From contig NIVC01000513.1 of NCBI GenBank assembly GCA_002269645.1, forward strand, positions 124,001 to 188,000: a stretch of 64,000 nucleotides of DNA, given 5' to 3'. Positions within the stretch are counted from its first letter, which is position 1. Each line of letters opens with the position of its first letter. The DNA comes from Macrostomum lignano. Its lineage: Eukaryota. Of the stretch, positions 1 to 11,827 are shown piece by piece. The position numbers and the translations under genes are program-made. A model generated the notes under the pieces. The model was not told the DNA's origin. It saw nothing but the letters and a program-made list of their open reading frames with translations, and did no database searches.

Positions 1-90
1 GCTCCTTACGATGGCCTCAACGCCTTCCTCAACATTCCTCCGCTGGACATCTTGTCCGCAGGTATGCGGCTAAGACTTCCCGCCGTCTGA
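1..90 (+). mobile_element. Possible degenerate non-LTR retrotransposon ORF fragment (post-RT region)
   Basis: Frame 1 reads APYDGLNAFLNIPPLDILSAGMRLRLPAV*; LNIPPLD resembles the post-RT segment of I/R1-type LINEs. Only a short fragment is visible. Confidence 0.25.
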
Positions 91-224
91 TTGACGCTGA
101 CATTCGTATCCTGCCCCATAGGGCCATGGCTAAGCGCAAGCTTCTGCCCCACGCCGACCTCTGCGCTTCACGTCTTATCTGACGGTGAACCCCGCACTCT
201 CAACCTCTTTCAGCGCTCTTTCAG

Positions 225-1316
225 CCTGAGCACCCAACCCAGCAACCACCCTGAGCACCCAACCCAGCAACCACCCTGAGCACCCAACCCAGCAACCACC
301 CTGAGCACCCAACCAGCAACCACCCTGAGCACCCAACCCAGCAACCACCCTGAGCACCCAACCCAGCAACCACCCTGAGCACCCAACCCAGCAAGCACCC
401 TGAGCACCCAACCCAGCAACCACCCTGAGCACCCAACCCAGCAACCACCCTGAGCACCCAACCCAGCAAGCACCCTGAGCACCCAACCCAGCAAGCACCC
501 TGAGCACCCAACCCAGCAACCACCCTGAGCACCCAACCCAGCAACCACCCTGAGCACCCAACCCAGCAAGCACCCTGAGCACCCAACCCAGCAACCACCC
601 TGAGCACCCAACCCAGCAACCACCCTGAGCACCCAACCCAGCAACCACCCTGAGCACCCAACCCAGCAACCACCCTGAGCACCCAACCCAGCAAGCACCC
701 TGAGCACCCAACCCAGCAACCACCCTGAGCACCCAACCCAGCAACCACCCTGAGCACCCAACCCAGCAAGCACCCTGAGCACCCAACCCAGCAACCACCC
801 TGAGCACCCAACCCAGCAACCACCCTGAGCACCCAACCCAGCAACCACCCTGAGCACCCAACCCAGCAAGCACCCTGAGCACCCAACCCAGCAACCACCC
901 TGAGCACCCAACCCAGCAACCACCCTGAGCACCCAACCCAGCAACCACCCTGAGCACCCAACCCAGCAACCACCCTGAGCACCCAACCCAGCAACCACCC
1001 TGAGCACCCAACCCAGCAACCACCCTGAGCACCCAACCCAGCAACCACCCTGAGCACCCAACCCAGCAACCACCCTGAGCACCCAACCCAGCAAGCACCC
1101 TGAGCACCCAACCCAGCAACCACCCTGAGCACCCAACCCAGCAAGCACCCTGAGCACCCAACCCAGCAACCACCCTGAGCACCCAACCCAGCAACCACCC
1201 TGAGCACCCAACCCAGCAAGCACCCTGAGCACCCAACCCAGCAAGCACCCTGAGCACCCAACCCAGCAACCACCCTGAGCACCCAACCCAGCAACCACCC
1301 TGAGCACCCAACCCAG
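225..1316. repeat. 25-bp tandem minisatellite (CACCCTGAGCACCCAACCCAGCAA[C/G])n
   Basis: Directly visible, roughly 43 copies. Explains the three overlapping 25-aa-periodic minus-strand ORFs. Confidence 0.97.
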
Positions 1317-1768
1317 AACATGGTTAAGTACAGTGCGTGCAATATCATAATATCCTAAAAGTTTCTTCCAAGCCGTTCATCTGGGATCCTAAATAGACAT
1401 AGCAGAGTAACTGGATGCATGAACTGAGATGATTAAATTATAGTTAGTCATTATGGTTATAAGGGAATAATTGCACTTTAGGACTCATACAAGTACAGAA
1501 GCTCACCATCATTCAGAGGGGCCTAAACACGACGTCTGGATTAGCTTATTTTCTCTTGAATATACTTCGCATTATTTCTATAGACGCTTCACCTCCTGCG
1601 GAGGCAAATAATTTACAAAGCCATGTGGCTTCTGGACTAAATATATCGAGCTCATTAATATTCATACACTGGATTGATAGTCATACAGGCTCATACTTGA
1701 GAGTTGCCAATCACTAGTGACTGCTTTAAATTGAGTTTACCCATTCGGTGCCATCTGCAGCAGCAACT

Positions 1769-2200
1769 CTATGAGGCTGACACATCCGATGACAACACTG
1801 GGTCAGAATCGCCCTTCGGGTTTTCTACTGCCACATGCAGTGTTGCTGCCGTGGTAGTTGATTTCATTGGCCGAAACACTTCGCGGTTGCTGGTGACCGC
1901 TGAGGTGTCGGGGCAGCCGGCCAGCTCGCACCGGGTGACAAAGTGCGCCAAGCTCGATTCCCCGCTAGATTGGAAATCTCTCCAGCTGGTGTCAAAGCTG
2001 CATTGGCGCAAGCTTTCGGTCTTCTGGCAGCTGACAGAAGTGTCGCCGCTAGTTTGAACACCGAAAACTGCCACCGTGAGCAGCACGGAGAGCTGAAAGT
2101 TTCACAGAGCATTTTAGCTCGTAGTTGCTAATGTCAGCAGTAAGTAGCTTTCATTAATTACAATTTATTACATCAGAGAAACAGGTGCACCTACCTGCAT
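1769..2200 (-). CDS. Small putative secreted protein, about 109 aa, join(2200..2195,2092..1769)
   Basis: ATG CAG|gtaggt micro-exon and actttcag| acceptor in phase 0 give MQLSVLLTVAVFGVQTSG (signal-like), then a 4-Cys segment and a Ser/Thr-rich tail. The 3' end may be spliced differently. Confidence 0.45.
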
Positions 2201-2596
2201 GAAGGTAGCGAATTTCATTGAAGTGTTGGAATGCAAATTCCAGAATCTCTGTGAGTAATATTTTTTCCAACTGGATTCTGCATGATGACTGAGGAAAACT
2301 CAGAACCTTTATCTCCCAATTAAGTATTTGGCATAGTCCTGTTTGCTTGACATTTGAGGCGGGTGAAACTACCCAATTACATTATTTGAAAGCTTCTGTC
2401 TCCATTCGGTAGGCGGATAGTATCGATGGCATTTTTATGCAAATAAATTTAAGCAAATTTCCATGCAAGCATGATGTTTAACATGGGACATTGTCTTGTG
2501 CTAATGCAGTCACTGGTTATTCTTCAGTAAATATTTGAATGCTGGTAGTTTAGAATTGTCCTTTGGTTAAACTTGCAGTTGTCTACATGTACTTCA

Positions 2597-3008
2597 CTCA
2601 TGAACTGGTGAACTGGTGAACTCGTGAACTCATGAACTCATGAACTCGTGAACTCGTGAACTCATGAACTCGTGAACTCGTGAACTCATGAACTCGTGAA
2701 CTCGTGAACTCATGAACTCGTGAACTCGTGAACTCATGAACTCGTGAACTCGTGAACTCATGAACTCATGAACTCATGAACTCGTGAACTCATGAACTAA
2801 TGAACTCATGAACTCGTGAACTCATGAACTCATGAACTCGTGAACTCATGAACTCTTGAACTCGTGAACTCGTGAACTCGTGAACTCGTGAACTCATGAA
2901 CTCGTGAACTCATGAACTCGTGAACTCATGAACTCGTGAACTCATGAACTCGTGAACTCGTGAACTCATGAACTCGTGAACTCATGAACTCGTGAACTCG
3001 TGAACTCG
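2597..3008. repeat. 8-bp tandem repeat (GAACTC[A/G]T)n
   Basis: Directly visible. Confidence 0.95.
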
Positions 3009-3574
3009 CGAACGGACGAAAACGTTCGTTTTCTCACTTGATCTTCACAAGTGTCGCTACGGTTTACAGAGGAGGAAGCAGAATCAAGTAAAGCAAATTT
3101 GAATTTGACATCACCTTTTTGAAAGAAATTTTTCCAGTATCCCTGAGTTTCTTGGTAGATTTAGAAGTTTAAATTCTTATCTTCAATAATCTTATGGTTT
3201 CAGCTCGCTCAGTCACTGTAAAACTTTCGGCAATCAATGTATCAGAAAGTCAGCTTTGTTTGCTGACTAAAAAGCATTTTTTTCATTTTAGCAGCAATTT
3301 TCGCACTTACGGCTCTGGTTATTGGGGGGGGGGAACTCAGCAATAACCGCTAATGCTGTCAAATATTTGCATCTCACTGAGCGGCTTAACTTTGCAGCCA
3401 GACAAACGAATTATTGCTACATTACTCGTACTGTCTTATAAGTATTGTATGCGAGCGAACCTTAAGAAGCTGCATAATTTTAATATCTTTCAAATTTACG
3501 TCAAGATTTTTTTATTCACCAAAGAAGTCGTACGGGAAGTTTAAAATATGGGAAAGAGATAAGGCTAGAGGACA

Positions 3575-3897
3575 ATGGATAAGGGATGGGGATAAAGGAT
3601 AAGGGATAGAGGATAAGGGATAGAGGATAAAGGATAGAGGATAAGGGATAGGGGATAAGGGATGGAGGATAAAGGATAGAGGATAAGGGATAGGGGATAA
3701 GGGATGGAGGATAAAGGATAGAGGATAAGGGATAGGGGATAAGGGATAGGGGATAAGGGATAGGGAATAAGGGATGGAGGATAAAGGATAGAGGATAAGG
3801 GATAGGGGATAAGGGATGGAGGATAAAGGATAGAGGATAAGGGATAGGGGATAAGGGATAGGGGATAAGGGATAGGGAATAAGGGATAGGGGATAAA
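3575..3897. repeat. Purine-rich, about 7-bp tandem repeat (GGATAAG/GGATAGA/GGATAGG)
   Basis: Directly visible. Confidence 0.93.
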
Positions 3898-4196
3898 TAC
3901 AAGTAAAATATTTCAAAAATATGAAATCTGCATTTTTAATGCACACCAACGAATACAAAGTTATATCGTGTACTAAATTCGTTGAAGGTATGCTTTGATC
4001 TTTGATCAAAACCGGCAGGTTTTCTGTCTCCGTGCAGTCTGCATGCGCAGAGTTCGCAGAGCGTAGGTTCAAAACTGAAGTACGAGTAACTACCAACAAA
4101 ACCTGTGTTAGCGAAAGTTTGAAAATATGCTCCTAGTTTGATTCACAAAGCAGTTACTGCGTTGAATTGCGTTGACAAAATACCAGCTACGAGCAT

Positions 4197-5837
4197 TCTC
4201 GATACTCGACACTCGACACTCGACACTCGACACTCGACACTCGATGCTCGACACTCGATGCTTGACATTCGACACTCGACACTCGAAACTCGATACTAGA
4301 CACTCGACACTCGACACTCGACACTCGATAATCGACACTCGACACTCGATACTCGACACTCGACACTCGATGCTCGACACTCGACACTCGACACTCGATA
4401 ATCGACACTCGACACTCGATAATCGACACTCGACACTCGGTACTCGACACTCGACACTCGACACTCGATCGATACTTGACACTCGACACACGACACTCGA
4501 CACTCGATGCTCGACACTCGATAATCGACACTCGACACTCGATCGATACTCGACACTCGACACTCGACACTCGACACTCGACACTCGACACTCGACACTC
4601 GACACTCGATAATCGACACTCGACACTCGATACTCGACACTCGACACTCGATAATCGACACTCGACACTCGATAATCGACACTCGACACTCGATAATCGA
4701 CACTCGACACTCGGTACTCGACACTCGACACTCGATGCTCGACACTCGACACTCGATAATCGACACTCGACACTCGATCGATACTCGACACTCGACACTC
4801 GACACTCGACACTCGACACTCGACACTCGATACTCGACACTCGACAATCGACACTGGACACTGGACACTGGACACTCGATACTCGACACTCGATACTCGA
4901 CACTCGACACTCGACACTCGACACTCGACACTCGACACTCGATACTCGACACTCGACAATCGACACTCGACACTGGACACTGGACACTCGACACTCGACA
5001 CTCGACACTCGACACTCGACACTCGACACTCGATCGATACTCGACACTCGACACTCGACACTCGATGCTCGACACTCGACACTCGATAATCGACACTCGA
5101 CACTCGATAATCGACACTCGACACTCGGTACTCGACACTCGACACTCGACACTCGATCGATACTTGACACTCGACACTCGACACTCGATGCTCGACACTC
5201 GACACTCGATAATCGACACTCGACACTCGATCGATACTCGACACTCGATAATCGACACTCGACACTCGATACTCGACACTCGACACTCGATGCTCGACAC
5301 TCGACACTCGATAATCGACACTCGACACTCGATAATCGACACTCGACACTCGGTACTCGACACTCGACACTCGATCGATACTCGACACTCGACACTCGAC
5401 ACTCGATGCTCGAAACTCGACACTCGATAATCGACACTCGACACTCGATCGATACTCGACACTCGATACTCGACACTCGACACTCGACACTCGACACTCG
5501 ACACTCGACACTCGACACTCGACACTCGACACTCGATACTCGACACTCGACAATCGACAATGGACACTGGACACTGGACACTCGATACTCGACACTCGAT
5601 ACTCGACACTCGACACTCGACACTCGACACTCGACACTCGATACTCGACACTCGACAATCGACACTCGACACTGGACACTGGACACTCGATAATCGACAC
5701 TCGACACTCGATAATCGACACTCGACACTCGATCGATACTCGACACTCGACACTCGACACTCGATACTCGACACTCGACACTCGACACTCGACACTCGAC
5801 ACTCGACACTCGATGCTCGACACTCGACATTCGACAC
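4197..5837. repeat. 7-bp tandem repeat (ACTCGAC)n with recurring variants (ACTCGAT, AATCGAC, ACTGGAC)
   Basis: Directly visible, about 1.64 kb, CpG/TCGA-rich. Explains the long SSVECRV and STLDTRH ORFs. Confidence 0.97.
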
Positions 5838-6440
5838 TCGGCGCTCAGCACAATAAACTACTGATCGATCATTTCCATCTGAAAATTTTAACTCATGAAC
5901 GAAAATTTATTTCTATAGGAGGGTTAATTAAAAATAAAATGGTAGCAGAAAATTTTTAATAATTGATGAGGACGCACTTTTTTCCAAACCCCGCGCTAGC
6001 ACTGGGCTCTAAACTTACTAGCCTACTAACAGTGGGCAATGGGCATTTTTATCCTTTTTCTGCGAATAGTCATAGAATCTATACTAGATATAATGTCTGG
6101 TCATACTAGTAGTCATAATAACGTAGGCGCAGCTTTTTGGGTCATAAATCATCGCTTTCGAAGCTGGTCTGACAGCCACCTGCGCCTCACTCAGTGTTGA
6201 GGCGGGCGCCAGATGGTCTGAGAGGATGCGGGCGGTAGCTTTTTTCTCATCATTTTGACAGGCCATCAAGATTTATGAGGTCAGAGCCTATGGTTCGGGT
6301 TCACTCAAGCGTGTGACAGCTTTGACAGCTATGCGTTTTACCCCTAAAAGTACTTTGAGATTAGCGATTAGCGATTTCTCTTCATTATCTTCACCTTCTA
6401 TTTAATAAGAGCTTTCTAGTGTATTTTTTTCATTAATTTC

Positions 6441-7176
6441 TGTCAATCCTACGCGAAAAGTCATAAATCATTTTGTTGCGATTTTGATTGATTTATGGCC
6501 GCACCTATCATCTTTTTACGACCCTGTGGGAACTGATAGGATCTCCCGGTCACGTGATTCTGGGTAGCAACAAGCTTAGCCAATCAGAAAATTCGGCGCT
6601 CATTTTAACAAAACGGGTCAGCCAATCAGAATCGACGTGTTCCATTATAACAAACTGCGGTCCAATTGGCGGCTATTTAAACCGGTGTTTTTGGCCCGCT
6701 CGGACTCCAACTTGCTCGGGCCCAGCACGCAACTTCTGGTTCCCGGAGCGCGACCGTCGTTTCTTGATCCCCGGATTGCGACAACCCCCCCCCATCATCA
6801 TCAAGGACGAGTCCCCCGGTCATCAGCAGCGAACATCAAGCGAAGAGCATCACCTGCTAGCTATCTGCGAAGACTGTGACAGCATCATCCCGAGTCTACA
6901 GCTGCGAAGCACTAAGCCGATTCGGTCACTGTGGATTACCTGGTCTCCGGCTGTTGAGGTTCTGATTGGTTGGGTGAGAGGCTACCTAGACTTGCTTGAT
7001 TGGGTGATCCCCTATCTGTCCCCTGTTTCAGTAGCTGGATTAGGCGCACACTTTTGCTCATTTTGTTCAGTAGTGCTGTTACTGAGGCAGAAGTCATTCA
7101 ATAATACTGCTAGTAGTCTGATACTCCAATTCAATCTGAAGTGTGAAGTGATCTAAGGAGAAGGCTAAATCTGACA
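6441..7176. mobile_element. Possible solo LTR-like segment
   Basis: Bounded by TGTCA...TGACA, GC-richer core, two AGCCAATCAGAA boxes. No matching TSD found. Confidence 0.2.
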
Positions 7177-8344
7177 GTTATTTTTATCGGTTTTATTTCT
7201 TTGTTCGCCGATGGCTCAGATGAGTAGCTAAGCTAGTAGGCGCCGGTCACAGTGGACCAATGGCAAGGCAGTTCTCAGTCGATCAATCTATCAAATCAGT
7301 TAGCGAAATTGCCAATAGTGCAAAATAATAGTGCACTCTAGATTCGCCAAGCGGCTCGGGTAATGAATCATGCGGTCTCTGAAGTTCGAGTTAGTCTATC
7401 ATCAGCGCTATGAGAGGCTAGTTGGCGCGTTGAAGGCCAAAAGTACATATCTTCGTATTTAGCAATGTAATAGTACATGTAGGATGTAGCTACCCCATAG
7501 TCTCGCCACTGCAAGAATCCCCTGCACAAGTCCCCTCTGTACCTGCATGGCCAATGCGATCTAGTCCCAGCAGTGTCCCTTATCATCGGCTATGACTTCG
7601 AGATAGACAGCAAAAAGACACTGGTTGGCAGGTAAGTGCGAAGCCCCTTAGTCGGAAGCCCGATTTCGAGAGTCCCGGTGTGGTGAGCCAGGACGTACGG
7701 GCTGGTGGCAGCGAGTTGGCTAACCTGCGGGTTAACTAATTTCTACCTTCAAAATTCTCCCTGCTTGTCTCTCGCTGTCCCTCTCTTAGCTATAGGGCCT
7801 GGACTGCTCGCCACACGATCAAGCTACCATGGGGCTGACCATCTGACAGGAGTGGGGGGCCAGGACTCTAATTGATTTATTTCTGAGACCTGAGGCCCGA
7901 AGGCTTCCCCACAAGGGGGCCGAAAGGCCGAAACCCATCATAATATTTATGTAGTCTTGCAAAAACTTACTAATTTAAACAAAGCAGGTAAAGTTTCTAA
8001 AGTAAATGGCATATGGAGCGCATATTGTATTGAACACTGAAATACTGAATAAATGTGAAGCTCTAAGCTGGTATTTCGATTTTTATGATAATATAATATG
8101 GCCTAGTTTAAGGGGCAACACAAATATGCTTTCACGCTACTGTTAGTAGTTTCAGGTCCAGAAATATCTGTAGATAAATTGTAGTTAACGCTTTGCAAGA
8201 TTTTCTATAAGTAAAGAGTGGGGTGCGTATTTATTATTAAAATTTTGATTCATACAAGTCGAAAGTGTCTGGTTTAAACAGAAAATCTTATAATCATTGA
8301 TTTGACGTCATAAGTTACCAGTTTAGAGACTGAATACTCGTATA

Positions 8345-9358
8345 TCAGTCAGCCAGTTCAACAATCCAACGGTCTGGGTAGTTAGTGTACTCGCAGAAGA
8401 CATTGGTAGTTGAGCCTTCATATTTAATCATATATCCTCCGGGGTAGTACACATTCTGGATGGCGATCGAGTCACCCTCTCTCAGATCAGTTCTATCCAG
8501 CGTCCACAGCTGCTTCTCATTCGACAAGTCGCTGTCGTCTAGGTAGATCCCACCGGCCATGGACGAGTAAAGATACCTGTACCCGCTGAACCTGTATGAG
8601 TAGGCAACGATCCTGTAGGTACCTGGCCTGATTTGTTGAAAGCGAAACTTGTTACTAGCTGAGGATCCCAGCGTACCGGCGTCGTAGCCTCTTCTGTTAG
8701 TGGTTACCAAATACATATTCGAGCTTTCGTGCTTCAACTGCACCCAAGATTGCTCCGTGATGCGCCTCTTCACTTGGTAAGACGCGTGGCAGGACAGAAT
8801 TGGTGGGGGGCTCTCTCTGACTGATTGCGTTCTTTGGAATTTAAAGACTTCACTGTTAGTGCGGACAACAAGCTGCCAGATCTTGGCGACCGACTTTGCT
8901 GGGACAAGCATGGATCCGAGTGTCGCTCTCGGACGTCCGAGATTGGTGGAAATGAATTCCGACACTCCATGAGGGTCGCCAAGGATCTGGGTGGTCACCG
9001 AAATCGATATCAGAGTCTCCCAAGGGACTTTATGAGCATTGTGCAGACTGCGCAAGCCGACATGGTAGTGAAAATTTTGGAGAACTGCTCGTTTTTGAGA
9101 ATTTTCCAGCGTAGCAACCAGCATCCATTGAGCACTGCACGATTTGGATACCGTGTCGCCTGCGGCTTCGGCAGATGTACATATCGCCAGAGCGCACAGG
9201 GCAAGGAGGCTGAGCGCCTGGAGAATTTTTGTAAAAATGAAATGATGAAAAGCAATGGTAAATATGGTCACCACTCTGATCTTGCTACAATGACTCAGTC
9301 ACGTCTTCAAGGCACACAACGTTAAATAGGTTTCTTTTCTTACTTTCTGCTTTATCAT
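8345..9358 (-). CDS. Lysenin-like protein 1 (signal peptide, aerolysin-type module, lysenin-type beta-trefoil), 295 aa, join(9358..9344,9217..8345)
   Basis: ATG ATA AAG CAG AAA|gtaaga plus ttctccag|GCG gives MIKQKALSLLALCALAICTSA. C-terminal motifs SGYRYLYSSMAGGIYLD, KQLW, TNVFC, DRWIVEL match remembered earthworm lysenin SGYEYAYSSDQGGIYFD, KQRW, TNVYC, DKWILEV. The N-terminal W-x7-N-x14-G spacing and WQL are also conserved. Confidence 0.82.
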
Positions 9359-10033
9359 TGAATAGTTTACCTTGTCACTCTTTAATACTCAAGTTTTTAA
9401 TATGGTTTAATTTGACAAATTCAAACAAAATTGAATGAACTCAGATCTTGTTATGCTGCAAAATGCTAACAACGTGACTTCCAAAACTAAAACAAATTTA
9501 AAAAGAACAGGAATGCAAATTTTAACTGCAGGTATGCTTGAACATTAATAATTTGTTATCTATAAAATAGAACTGAGTATTATATGATTCAAACAAAAAG
9601 TTAGCGCACTTACTCGAACCATTTCGGAGCGATGAAGAACGTCGGATGCTGGGTACAAAGTTTGCGGAACTCCAAAGCCGGAGAGGCACGAATTTAAAGA
9701 ATTTATAACTTAGATTGAATTATCGGCTTGGGGCTGACTAAACTTAGTTTCAGATGTTAACATTAATTTATTTAAATTAAATGTAAACAGTTTAAAGAGA
9801 TGCCCTGACTATCGAATAACACTAATAATAGATCTACAAATTTTATTATTAGCAAGTTTTCATAACTAAAACTAGTTTGGAACCTGTCAATTCTGGTTCT
9901 GCAGTTCTGCAGCTCTGAGATGCGGATTTCTAAATGGTTAAAAATTTTGCGCGAAAATCGACTGACTTGTTTCTGGTACTCTATCTTTAAACTCACATAA
10001 ACCAGAGTTAAGAATAAACATAAGTAAATTTGT

Positions 10034-10266
10034 GCCCTGACACCCCTCAGCCCTGACACCCTCAGCCCTGACACCCCTCAGCCCTGACAGCCCTCAGCCC
10101 CCACACACCTCAGCCCTGACACCCCTCAGCCCCCACACCCCTCAGCCCCCACACACCTCAGCCCTGACACCCCTCAGCCCCCACACACCTCAGCCCCCAC
10201 ACACCTCAGCCCTGACACCGGCCTCAGCCCCCACCCCCTCAGCCCCGACACCCCTCAGCCCTGACA
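10034..10266. repeat. 16-bp tandem repeat (GCCCTGACACCCCTCA)n
   Basis: Directly visible between the two lysenin-like genes. Confidence 0.93.
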
Positions 10267-10815
10267 GCCTTGTTGACTGAGTTTTAGCTTGCTTTCAACA
10301 ACAACAACAAAAATACTCCGTCAGGGTCTTGAGAAGTCAGTGTCACATGGTGCACTTCTGGGAAAAGTAGTTAACGAAGGCCGAACGAACTCAGTAACAA
10401 AATTGCCTGTCAAACTCTCAGATGGCGACTCATTTAAGAGCGAAACCGCTGATGCAGCTGCGCCGTAGGATCTGACGGACATTTCCCATTCTCTCTACTG
10501 AAAAGTGGAAGACAAGACATGCAGCGATTTGTTTCGGTTACGCCAAACATCCATAGCGGTTTTAAATTGCTCATTTATTTGGTTATTCGAACAGTGAGAG
10601 TGAAGCAAATAATTTCTGTACCTGCAACGTATGCTATTTGGATGAAACAAAAATAATCCGGTAGAGTTTCAGAAAAAGGTTCGAACGTCTTTGTAGATAT
10701 TACTAATTATTTAGCCTAAATATTCTATTAAATAAAAATCTAGGAAAATCAACCATATTAGAATTCAGCCCGTGTTGTGTACGATTGTTAATTCGTTAAT
10801 TCAGTAATTTTTGGA

Positions 10816-11827
10816 TCAGGCCAGTTCAACAGTCCAATAGTCTGGGTGGCTCGTGTACTCGCAGAACACATTGGTAGTTGAGCCTTCGTACCGGATCATG
10901 TAGGCACCGGGGTAGTATACATTCTCGATGGCGATGGAGTCTCCGGCTCTCAGGTCGCTGGTGCTCAGCGTCCAGAGCTGCTTCCCGTTTGAGGTGTCGC
11001 TATCATCCAAATAGATGCCCCCGGCAAAGGAGGAGTACAGGTAATTGTATCCAGAGAAACGGACTGAGTCGGCAACTATTCTGTAGACACCCGATCTGAT
11101 CTCCTCAAACCTAAACTTGTTGTTCTTGCTTGAGCTCAGCGTCCCAGCGTCCCAACCCTTTCTGTTGGTGGTTGTCAAGTACTTTCCGGTGCCGTCGTGC
11201 CTGAGCTGCACCCAGGTGTTGCCAGTGATGCGCTGCGGCAGCTGGTAAGTGACTTGGCAAGATACTACTGAATACGGCTTTCGTTTATCTCTGAGAGCGA
11301 TCGTTTTCTCAAGGCTCGCAACCTCGCTGCCTGTTCGAGCAACCAGCTGCCAAACATTGACGGTCGCATAGGCTGGAACTTTAAAAGTGCCATATTTAGT
11401 ACTCGGAGTACCTATGCCGGCAGCTGTAGATGGGAATCGCATCCCATCGTCTTTGACTGTCACTAGAATGGACTTCAGTAAGTTCCGGGAGTTTTGAAGC
11501 TTGTGCGCGCCCACTTGATAGTGAAACGATTTCTCAGCTGGTTTCGGGCTCCAGTTCTGGTGCGTGGCCACCAGAGTCCACTGGGCAGAGCAGCGCCGGT
11601 GCATCAGGTCTTCATTGGCGCTTGCGCAGAGTGCCAGGGCAGCGCACAGGACGCCTGCTGCCAGTGCATGTAACTGCAATTTCACAGAGCCGAGTAGACA
11701 AGCAATGAATATTTTTATGAGTATTTTTGTGCACTCGATTCACTCTTTCTAGTCTCTCCCACCCTCTCGATCCATTTTTCTCGGTCTGAATGTAACGTTT
11801 GCAATCGGCTTTGCTTACCGATTTCAC
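10816..11827 (-). CDS. Lysenin-like protein 2; main exon 11673..10816, probable micro-exon 11827..11819 starting with GTG
   Basis: Open 858-nt exon after attgcag| encodes LHALAAGVLCAALALCASA and a clear paralogue of 8345..9358. The upstream GTG AAA TCG|gtaagc is phase 0, but no in-frame ATG was found. Confidence 0.78.

Noticed and set aside
175-1348. Long ORFs over tandem repeats (also 4108-5851, 30407-31076, 32324-33057, 35779-37899, 40403-41125, 45657-46548, 49768-50459)
   Set aside because: Periodic translations of stop-free repeat units, often open in several frames and on both strands; not genes.
7628-7680. Twister-ribozyme-like TAA...GAAGCCC pattern
   Set aside because: P4 stem and T1 pseudoknot partners do not fit the consensus.
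9217-9274. Spliced-leader-donated AUG for lysenin-like 1
   Set aside because: A conventional ATG micro-exon with a strong donor at 9358-9344 explains the start; the ORF-track GTG start lies in the intron.
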